A DNA stretch of 64,000 nucleotides, from the IMG/VR virus record IMGVR_UViG_3300032007_000028. The stretch is one strand, 5' to 3'. Positions 56,998 through 64,000 of the stretch are shown here, piece after piece. The position numbers and the translations under genes are program-made. How positions within the stretch are numbered: the first letter of the stretch is position 1; every line of letters begins with the position of its first letter. The notes below the pieces were generated by a model. That model searched no databases and was not told the DNA's origin. It saw nothing but the letters and a program-made list of their open reading frames with translations. The DNA is from a virus. Taxonomy: Duplodnaviria; Caudoviricetes.

Positions 56998-57125
56998 TCG
57001 CTTAACTCCTTGCATTTTGACTAACTACATTATAGACGTTTGCATGCGATTTGCAATAGAGAAAACGAAAACGCGATATTTTTACATCGCGTCAGCGTAA
57101 ATTCCATGTTTCGTTTTAATGTATC

Positions 57126-57359
57126 TCATAAAACCTCAATGTCTCCGTCCTCGCAAATGATTATCTGTTTGTCCGGGAACATCTTCTTGAATTCCTCTCC
57201 GCTTTCATAACCGAATTTGTGATAGACGCCGAGCAAGACGTCTGCGATGCTTTTCCCTTGATGGCAGGTGTATGGGGATGAGACGACGCCGTCCACCATC
57301 ACTTTGAAGCCGTAGCCGCTATCGTAGATTGAAATGATAACGATGTCTTTCATCTTCAT
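57126..57359 (-). CDS. Hypothetical protein
   Basis: SD AAGGAG. Confidence 0.55.
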   Translation of the reverse strand: MKMKDIVIISIYDSGYGFKVMVDGVVSSPYTCHQGKSIADVLLGVYHKFGYESGEEFKKMFPDKQIIICEDGDIEVL

Positions 57360-57407
57360 TCTCCTTTCTTCACGTAGCCTTGCAATATAATTATAATTGT
57401 TCTCGCC

Positions 57408-58067
57408 CTACTTATTCTTTTTCCAGCCTTCTGCAAGCATCCAATCTTGAAGTTCTTTTGCGACTTTCTTATAGTCTAATCCACCACAAACCAAGCCATG
57501 GCAATACTCGCTTTCTTTGTAGGTGACCTTATAACCGCCCAATGCCTCAGACCAGCATCTCTCATCTGCCAAGAATAACGGAATAAAGACGGTGATTTCT
57601 TGTCCCTTATAGGTATAGGTGTAATCATAGCCCGTCGTCCAGTGCTTAATAAGTTCCTTGAATTTCACCTTATTCTTCAAATCGCCAAAAAAATGCTCTT
57701 TAACGCTGTTAACGGTCATTGTGAAGAATAGCTTATGATTTTTATAATCTTCTTCGGTGATTTCACCCTCTTTAAGTTCTTTGTCTACCGTGTCTTTATG
57801 GTTAACCCAGCGCCAAGCTTTCCAAAACACATCATCGTTAAAGCCACAGAAAATATTGAATGGCGACATACGCAACTTATTATTGATGATGCTTAAGAAA
57901 TCGTTAAAGATTAATCCTCGCTCAAACTTAAGTTCTTCTATAGCTTTATCTTTGGTGACAATTCTATCTTGAGCTTGTTTAATTTCATCTAAAAGTGCTT
58001 GCTTTTTGGCTGTCTCTTCGGCCTCAAAGCGTGCATGTAGTACGTCTATTGCGTCATCCATTTTCAT
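57408..58067 (-). CDS. Hypothetical protein
   Basis: 219-aa ORF, translationally coupled. Confidence 0.6.
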   Translation of the reverse strand: MKMDDAIDVLHARFEAEETAKKQALLDEIKQAQDRIVTKDKAIEELKFERGLIFNDFLSIINNKLRMSPFNIFCGFNDDVFWKAWRWVNHKDTVDKELKEGEITEEDYKNHKLFFTMTVNSVKEHFFGDLKNKVKFKELIKHWTTGYDYTYTYKGQEITVFIPLFLADERCWSEALGGYKVTYKESEYCHGLVCGGLDYKKVAKELQDWMLAEGWKKNK

Positions 58068-58507
58068 TAATCTTGCTCCTTAATTAAGGCATTATACCAC
58101 CGATTATCTACGTCCAGTTCACACCAGAAAAATAGATTTGCTAACGCACCAAACCAGCCACCGCTCTGTGTTCTGATAAAGTAGCAGTCTCCAATATCTG
58201 TATCAAAATTACCCTCATCATCGACGGCCTGCGCTTTGAAAATAACTGTTTGTTCTGGGCTAAAGACCCAATAGAAATGAAGGATTTCTTTTTGCAAATC
58301 ATCTAACAATTCTTGGTCTACTTCATCATTATCTAAGTCGATTCTTTCCAAAATCTTCCAGTCGATTAATCTCGATAATCTGATTTTGCCGTCATCAAAA
58401 CCATGATAGATTTTTCCGACCTCTGGTTCTGGCATTGGTTTTTTGGTGCCACCTAAATCAAGGACAGTGATATTACGTTCACTTTTTTCACGTTCTTTGA
58501 ATTTCAT
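58067..58507 (-). CDS. Hypothetical protein
   Basis: 146-aa ORF. Confidence 0.6.
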   Translation of the reverse strand: MKFKEREKSERNITVLDLGGTKKPMPEPEVGKIYHGFDDGKIRLSRLIDWKILERIDLDNDEVDQELLDDLQKEILHFYWVFSPEQTVIFKAQAVDDEGNFDTDIGDCYFIRTQSGGWFGALANLFFWCELDVDNRWYNALIKEQD

Positions 58508-58509
58508 TT

Positions 58510-58833
58510 TTATTCATCCTCTTTACAATAATCGCATCCTAGAACGGAAGATGTCAACAACATCGATGCCATGCTTATCTTCTTCATGGCGTCCTTTGCC
58601 GCTTGTCTAGTCTTACGTCGACTCCCCTCCAGTTGTTTTAATGTTTTGCCTGTATTCAACACAATGACTGTGCCAACGCTTTCTTCGACTTCGAGAACCT
58701 CGATGTTCGATAGCTTATTGAACAGAGCGTCTGGCATTCTCTTCCTTTTGTCATCAAACATCTTATTGACTTTATTCTTTTCGAAGATTGTTAGATGTCT
58801 GTTTCTTGAGAGATTTAATTCACACAGTTTCAT
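58510..58833 (-). CDS. Hypothetical protein
   Basis: 107-aa ORF, coupled. Confidence 0.55.
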   Translation of the reverse strand: MKLCELNLSRNRHLTIFEKNKVNKMFDDKRKRMPDALFNKLSNIEVLEVEESVGTVIVLNTGKTLKQLEGSRRKTRQAAKDAMKKISMASMLLTSSVLGCDYCKEDE

Positions 58834-59144
58834 AACAACTCGAACTCTCCTTTCTCGTTCATCTTGGCAATATACTTAAAATTATCACCAATCCGAATCG
58901 CTCCGTAGATTTCGTGATTTTTCCTTTTAATCGGTTTTTTGGGGCAAAGAAGGTCGTAATTGTATGCTTCGCAATAATCAGCATAGCAGTCGAACAATTC
59001 CTCAATGGTATCGGTTTCTTTGACAATCTCACCGATTTCATGAATCAACTTGCCGTTCTTCTTGTTTCTCCCTTCGTAAAGGAAGTTATCGTTTGGGTTT
59101 GAGAACGACCAGATTTTACCGTCTTTAGTTCTAATGTATTTCAT
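58830..59144 (-). CDS. Hypothetical protein (MKYIRTKD...YGAI...GEFELL family)
   Basis: Tandem paralog of 59141..59524. Confidence 0.6.
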   Translation of the reverse strand: MKYIRTKDGKIWSFSNPNDNFLYEGRNKKNGKLIHEIGEIVKETDTIEELFDCYADYCEAYNYDLLCPKKPIKRKNHEIYGAIRIGDNFKYIAKMNEKGEFELL

Positions 59145-59524
59145 AACAATTCCCACTCCCCATTTTTGAATTCAGCAGAATACAGCAAACAGCCGTCTGT
59201 CCAAACAGCACCATAATACTTTGCGTTTGAGAATGAGCCGTTTTTGAATTCGTCGAGATTCTGAATGTCTACGATGATTGGTTTTTGACCGTCGATGACA
59301 AGTACCTTTTCGTCGAACAAATCTTTGAGATTATCTGATTCTTTCACGATATCGTTGACGTTGCATAGATGGTCGAATGAAATCACGCCAGGCTGTGATA
59401 TGCCATAGACCTTTCCGGAATACGCGACGAACAATTCGGTCGACAGACCGTCTTTGAGAGGGCCGTCGATTTTGAGATGTCTCACGTCGTAGATGCGATT
59501 GTTATTCAGCTTTACGTATTTCAT
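59141..59524 (-). CDS. Hypothetical protein (MKYVK...YGAV...GEWELL family)
   Basis: Tandem paralog of 58830..59144. Confidence 0.6.
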   Translation of the reverse strand: MKYVKLNNNRIYDVRHLKIDGPLKDGLSTELFVAYSGKVYGISQPGVISFDHLCNVNDIVKESDNLKDLFDEKVLVIDGQKPIIVDIQNLDEFKNGSFSNAKYYGAVWTDGCLLYSAEFKNGEWELL

Positions 59525-59578
59525 TTCAACTCCCACTCTCCTTCTTTGCTATAATACAATGTCGAACTAGACATGTGC

Positions 59579-59794
59579 TCATTCATCGACTTCATATCCC
59601 ATCGAATACAACACGTCGTCAGCAAGCCCAAGCCAATGACGATAATCGTCGTCGTTACCCAAATTAGGGCACGAATCGCAGTCGTCGTAAGACAAACTGC
59701 ACGCACTCATCCATCGACCGTCTCCACAGTTCACGAAGACGATGATTTCGCGATTCTCGAAATCCTGTTCCAAACTAAGTTGTTTCACTTTCAT
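59579..59794 (-). CDS. Hypothetical protein
   Basis: Coupled to the upstream ORF; Cys-rich. Confidence 0.45.
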   Translation of the reverse strand: MKVKQLSLEQDFENREIIVFVNCGDGRWMSACSLSYDDCDSCPNLGNDDDYRHWLGLADDVLYSMGYEVDE

Positions 59795-60162
59795 TTCATC
59801 TTCTCCAACACTAAGTCACGATTCTTTTTGCTGAGTTTGCGTCCCATCACGTAGGAATACGGAAGATACTTCGACCAAGGTGCTTTGACGCGCTTTACTT
59901 CGCGCAACTGCTCGTAGTTGTCTCCCTTCTGCGTGATTTCGTAGACGGTGACCGTACCGTACATATCGACTTTGACTTTGAAGCCTTCTTGAACGCTCTC
60001 ATTGAGTTCGTCTTCCAGCGCGCGTCTCATCAAGTTGTACTCAGCGTTCTTGTCGCTGTCGTTGTACACGACGCGAGAAATCTCGCCGAGATTCCAATTG
60101 GTCTCGAATTCCTTTTTGCAGATTTCATTCATTCTTTTGGTAAGTTCTTCAGCGGTCATCAT
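59791..60162 (-). CDS. Hypothetical early protein
   Basis: SD GAGG; promoter TTGACA-17-TATACT at 60187-60215. Confidence 0.6.
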   Translation of the reverse strand: MMTAEELTKRMNEICKKEFETNWNLGEISRVVYNDSDKNAEYNLMRRALEDELNESVQEGFKVKVDMYGTVTVYEITQKGDNYEQLREVKRVKAPWSKYLPYSYVMGRKLSKKNRDLVLEKMK

Positions 60163-60211
60163 GGTCGTTTCCTCTTTTCGATTATAAGTATAGCGAGTCG
60201 TTCGACGATTG

Positions 60212-60535
60212 TCAATCTTCGAACGCTTCTGGGAACTCTTCGTGGTTGTAGCGGAAGTTCACGCGATGCTCGACGATTTCGCGAACGCGCTGAGAACCCA
60301 TGAATCGAATATGCTTTTGCTCGATTCCAATACCGTCTTCGGTTAAGAGCGTATGATTGGAACGAAGAATGTCGCTCACGATTTGATTGATGAGGTCTTC
60401 TTTGCGAATGGGCTTGAGTTCGTCTGTGTCGTAGTAATGGTTTTCGATGCCACCAACGACGTCGTTATAGAAGCGGTCTACGACGCCTGCGAGAACTGAT
60501 TCTTGGAATGTTTTGTAGAAGCTGGATTTTTGCAT
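60212..60535 (-). CDS. Hypothetical early protein
   Basis: SD GAGGT; promoter TTGACT-16-TATACT at 60564-60591. Confidence 0.6.
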   Translation of the reverse strand: MQKSSFYKTFQESVLAGVVDRFYNDVVGGIENHYYDTDELKPIRKEDLINQIVSDILRSNHTLLTEDGIGIEQKHIRFMGSQRVREIVEHRVNFRYNHEEFPEAFED

Positions 60536-60599
60536 GGTTGTTACCTCTTGAGTTCTTGATTATAGTATAGCGCGTTCGCAAAGAAAGTCAAGAAAATAT

Positions 60600-60779
60600 T
60601 TATTCGGATAGAGATTCTTCCAATTCGTCCGTCGACCCCTCGATGAGACGAATAAGCTGACGAAGATTGGAAAGACCGTAGAAGTCGTCGACGTAAGAAA
60701 GATAGTCGATGGCCGCACGAAGCGAATCCACGATGCCGTCGACCTGATTGAGTGGGATTTTGACGATTAAGTCGTTCAT
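60600..60779 (-). CDS. Small 59-aa protein missing from the ORF track (MNDLIVKIPLNQ...)
   Basis: SD AAGGAG; promoter TTGACA-18-TATAAT at 60810-60839; open frame to TAA. Confidence 0.65.
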   Translation of the reverse strand: MNDLIVKIPLNQVDGIVDSLRAAIDYLSYVDDFYGLSNLRQLIRLIEGSTDELEESLSE

Positions 60780-60892
60780 GAGAATTCTCCTTTTTGTTGA
60801 ACTGAGAATATTATAAACTCGCTATTCATCGTGTGTCAACAAAAAAAGTTCCCGAAACTCGTCGAGAACTCTTTCGTTGTTCTTTGTTCTTA

Positions 60893-61417
60893 TTAGTCTT
60901 TGAGATTGAAGTAGCAATGCAATATGCCATCTTCATCTATTTTTAGATACAGTGCCGTGATATTGTCTGTATCTAAATTGTCGTATAAATTATACGGTGT
61001 ACCAGGCCCTCTTCGATAAACCTCATTTTGTAGAGCGATACCGGCTTTTAATGCGTTAAAAGTAACTTCACTACCAGCAATGTCTGCCGAGTCTAATGAA
61101 ATACTATCGTTAAGACATTGGATTTGAACGGAGAATGGATAATCACTAGGTGCATATTTTCCAGTAAGTACATAGCATTTTGTATATGTATTTTTATCAA
61201 CAGCAACAAAATCAACTATTGAAAATGACACATCAGTATATGCTTCAAGTGCATCAAATTCCGCTTTCATGTCCTTGATGTGTTCATGGTAGTAGTCGAC
61301 ACCGTCGATAGTGATGACAGGAACAGGCCCTGCGGGTTCTCCGCCTTCTTCCTTCCTGCCAGTCTGTTGATTCGTTATGAACGCCAAGATGCGTTCCACG
61401 TAGGCTTTCTTTTCCAT
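60893..61417 (-). CDS. Variable-domain protein, paralog of 43023..43508
   Basis: YVERILAFITN...GPVPVITIDGVDYYH...YFNLKD. Confidence 0.65.
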   Translation of the reverse strand: MEKKAYVERILAFITNQQTGRKEEGGEPAGPVPVITIDGVDYYHEHIKDMKAEFDALEAYTDVSFSIVDFVAVDKNTYTKCYVLTGKYAPSDYPFSVQIQCLNDSISLDSADIAGSEVTFNALKAGIALQNEVYRRGPGTPYNLYDNLDTDNITALYLKIDEDGILHCYFNLKD

Positions 61418-61432
61418 ATCTAGATGTTCTCC

Positions 61433-61774
61433 TTACTTTTTCATGCCATTGACGAATGCTATCGTCTGGTCGATATAGTCGCTTAACTGGTCGATGAACG
61501 CATCGAGGTCTATACCTGCCGATTTGCAACTCGCCTTGACGACGTCGATGACCATTTCCTTCTTCTGCTTGCCTTCTTTGCCGGACTGTTCTGCCTGCTT
61601 CATCGCTGAATCAGCTATGTTCTGAATCATCGCCCAGATTTCCGATGCGCTCTTTTGCTTAGTCGCTTTGATGAAGCCCTTTATCGCGAAGAACGCGCCT
61701 ATTCCCGTACCGACGAGACCGAAGAGACCTGTGAGTAATGCAATCAATCCGTTTGCCGTTGTAATCCAATCCAT
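61433..61774 (-). CDS. Holin-like membrane protein
   Basis: Single N-terminal TM helix; AEQSGKEGKQKKEMV...IDQTIAFVN pattern seen in phage holins; late motif upstream. Confidence 0.55.
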   Translation of the reverse strand: MDWITTANGLIALLTGLFGLVGTGIGAFFAIKGFIKATKQKSASEIWAMIQNIADSAMKQAEQSGKEGKQKKEMVIDVVKASCKSAGIDLDAFIDQLSDYIDQTIAFVNGMKK

Positions 61775-61840
61775 AGTCTATAATAACCTTTCTTTATTTT
61801 CGTTTCGTTTAATTTAGCAAGAAGTTCTAGTTGATGAAAT

Positions 61841-61872
61841 AAAAAAGGTAAGTGCGTTTTTCGCACTTACCG
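61841..61872 (-). terminator. Intrinsic terminator
   Basis: GGTAAGTGCG-AAAAA-CGCACTTACC followed by a U-tract. Confidence 0.8.
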
Positions 61873-61998
61873 TTTATGAGATGAATCTGTCGTTATTCGA
61901 GAATATCTATTCTTTCATGCGGTCATGGAGGACTTGCGCCTTGCAAGCCCCCCATTCCGCACTATTGTAGAATTGAGGTAAGGAATCGAAATGGCGCA

Positions 61999-62634
61999 TT
62001 AAGCCTGTTCTTCAACCCACTGCATAGTTCCGTTGACACACTTGAGGACATAGGTCTTGGATGTATCGCTTGGTTTGCTGGGATAGGCAAATGCGTTTTG
62101 CAATTTAAACGCATTGATGTCTACTGAAGCAGCCGTGGTGGAAAGAAAGTTTTTCAATGTTTCGGATGGTTGGGCATTGTGTTGGGAATTGGAAACAATC
62201 GCGTTTTTATATGTTTGAGTGGAATCCTTTACCATCGTTTCAAAATTCAAGGTGTTGACTTGGAAATTGCCTCCTTGCCATTGCATGACGAAGAAGCCTT
62301 TGAAGGTGTATGCGTATTTTTCGCTCGGACTCCAAGGTGCTGGGCCATAGTATCTAACGCTCAAATAGCCCTCATATTTTCCGCTTTGATAATCCCAGTC
62401 AAGTGCTTCGATGAGGTCTTCTAAAGTTGAAATTTCTTCCGATGAAGTTAGGTCGACTTCTAAATAGGTCGGTTCGCCACCGCCTCCTTGGACTTCTTCG
62501 TATTCAAGCGCGCCAGTCTCGGCATTGACGTGGAGATACTTATCCGCATCTTCCGCTGTAACCTCAGGGATACGGGCATCTTGAATGTTATATTCCTGAT
62601 TGTCCTTTTTTACTTTGTTTACGAATTCTGACAT
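61999..62634 (-). CDS. Variable-domain putative virion fibre/decoration protein, paralog of 43620..44126
   Basis: Conserved termini with a divergent middle. Confidence 0.65.
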   Translation of the reverse strand: MSEFVNKVKKDNQEYNIQDARIPEVTAEDADKYLHVNAETGALEYEEVQGGGGEPTYLEVDLTSSEEISTLEDLIEALDWDYQSGKYEGYLSVRYYGPAPWSPSEKYAYTFKGFFVMQWQGGNFQVNTLNFETMVKDSTQTYKNAIVSNSQHNAQPSETLKNFLSTTAASVDINAFKLQNAFAYPSKPSDTSKTYVLKCVNGTMQWVEEQA

Positions 62635-62730
62635 CTAAAAAATCTCCTATGATTATATCGTCACAGAAGACTTTCATTGGGTTACCCCCCCCCTACGCAA
62701 GCGCAGAGAGGAAGCAACTGCGACGTTCAG

Positions 62731-63369
62731 TTAATTTAGCGTAAGAAGATGGGAGTTTTCGTAGATGACTTTGACGATGTTTTCCGGATAATGAGCTTCT
62801 AGACCGAATCTATAATCGTTCTTCAGTTTAATCGCTCTTACTGGATTCTTTCTGAAGGGATGCAACCAAGAAACCAGACTGTGTTGCATGTTGATTATTG
62901 TGAGACCGTAGAATCTGTAACGGAATATCTTATCTATCTTCGAGAATATCTTGGGCACTTCCAGAACATAAGTCTTCGTTCTTACGTCGGGTCTTACTGC
63001 CATCGCGTGTTCGTGAAGAAGCATGGCGAGGGCACCGCCATAACTACAGCCGTAAATGTATATGTTTTTATACCTATATTTACCGTTTTCCTTCGCGAGT
63101 ATGTATTCGTCGAATTTGTCCACGAATTTCTCGAACGCGTCGACGAAACCACCATGCACTTTGTATTTCGCGGCCTTCGATTCGTACCAACGCGCTCTGA
63201 AGTCGAAGCAACGCAACCAAGTCACGTCGTCGCACGCTCCGCCAAAATACAAGAACAAAGCGTCGTCTTTGGATTCGACTTTATAATAGGTACCACCGTA
63301 TTTCAGTGGCTTTTTCATGAACAAGCATTTGCACAAGTTATCAATATGATTCATCATCTTCGCCTCCAC
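62731..63369 (-). CDS. Class 3 lipase-like alpha/beta hydrolase
   Basis: KVHGGF and IYIYGCSYGGALA (GxSxG) nucleophile elbow; C-terminal His. Confidence 0.75.
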   Translation of the reverse strand: MEAKMMNHIDNLCKCLFMKKPLKYGGTYYKVESKDDALFLYFGGACDDVTWLRCFDFRARWYESKAAKYKVHGGFVDAFEKFVDKFDEYILAKENGKYRYKNIYIYGCSYGGALAMLLHEHAMAVRPDVRTKTYVLEVPKIFSKIDKIFRYRFYGLTIINMQHSLVSWLHPFRKNPVRAIKLKNDYRFGLEAHYPENIVKVIYENSHLLTLN

Positions 63370-63417
63370 AACTTAACGCACAGCGTGACGATGACGGTTT
63401 TAATCAATATGAACAAG

Positions 63418-63984
63418 TTACGCATTCGCCATCAACAAAGTAGAGCACTGCACGACGAACGATTCACCTGGTTTGTAGCTTTCGTAGTTTGAAAGCGAAA
63501 GATACGATTGATGCTGTGCGTCCAACGGAATCGTGAATGTATCGCCTATCGTAACTTCGTATTCCTTACCGTCTATGAGAACAACGCCCTTCTCAGGCAT
63601 TGGCTTGAGCCAACGCGTCGTTCTTTCTATGAACGCTCTGTCGTCTTCGTCACCGTAGCCATCTGGTAGCTTTTCTATGAAATGCGCGTCGAGAGCAGGT
63701 TTCGAATAACGACGGAACGAGCAGTCGAACAATCTTCTAGCGTAATCGGAATCGACGTATTCTGTCATTTCGTCCACAAAACCCTCGTCTGTGTTCACGT
63801 GACCCAACGACCGTATGAACGATATCAACTCATCCGAATAATTCATCGAATTCTTGTTGCCTTTTAAGAATGTTTCCAAATCATACCCGAACATCAAATC
63901 GCCGCCCGTCAATAGGTCTTCTGTTATTATGGAACCGACCATAGGCGTATAGACGGAACAAGCGCGTAATTTCGAATCAGACAA
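63418..63984 (-). CDS. Hypothetical protein (may extend beyond the window)
   Basis: ORF at the window edge. Confidence 0.45.
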   Translation of the reverse strand: MSDSKLRACSVYTPMVGSIITEDLLTGGDLMFGYDLETFLKGNKNSMNYSDELISFIRSLGHVNTDEGFVDEMTEYVDSDYARRLFDCSFRRYSKPALDAHFIEKLPDGYGDEDDRAFIERTTRWLKPMPEKGVVLIDGKEYEVTIGDTFTIPLDAQHQSYLSLSNYESYKPGESFVVQCSTLLMANA

Positions 63985-64000
63985 ATCGATGTGTTCTATT

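Larger units (their letters stand above)
2156..62741 (-). promoter_or_regulatory. Dispersed putative phage late-promoter motif YGCTAAATT (16 copies)
   Basis: Copies begin at plus-strand positions 2156, 7049, 15303, 15523, 17513, 24302, 26321, 37674, 40077, 42179 (variant TACTAAATT), 43537, 44235, 50782, 55863, 61811 and 62733; all are at gene boundaries and in the same orientation. Confidence 0.8.

Noticed and set aside
1-64000. Stop-codon reassignment (code 15 or 4) as in some large gut phages
   Set aside because: Core genes are full-length under code 11, and TAA, TAG and TGA all end genes; the capsid break is explained by the intron
1-64000. tRNA genes
   Set aside because: No cloverleaf with a T-loop GTTCRA and acceptor stem was recognised in the intergenic regions

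Overview
This window is the virion-morphogenesis region of a large, T4-superfamily-like contractile-tailed phage. It uses the standard genetic code, and almost every gene is on the minus strand. A TagD homolog, BspA-type LRRs and sigma70/sigmaA promoters suggest a gut or rumen Bacillota-type host. In transcription order (right to left) it contains: lipase, holin-like and small early genes; terminase; portal; prohead protease-scaffold; a major capsid gene split by a group I intron with a homing endonuclease; Mom-like and glycosylation genes; about 20 kb of acidic multi-module proteins; a non-coding highly structured RNA of about 750 nt; and neck, sheath, tube, tape measure, baseplate and tail fibre genes. 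The most interesting observations are as follows. (1) An apparent protease-processed cargo polyprotein system: effector modules (GNAT, two ADP-ribosyltransferase-like, HD-like, HNH-like, NTase, LRR, PemK-like, Ocr-like) are joined by [LIVM]-x-E linkers matching the predicted prohead-protease sites in the capsid propeptide. (2) A nucleotidyltransferase split between two of these genes. (3) Two promoter + small protein + PemK-like cassettes embedded in the array, one hidden in-frame inside a 2122-aa ORF. (4) A large ornate ncRNA. (5) A 16-copy late-promoter motif, YGCTAAATT. (6) A covarying poly-G leader hairpin in front of two paralogous variable-cassette genes. Domain calls come from visual motif recognition, not from database searches.
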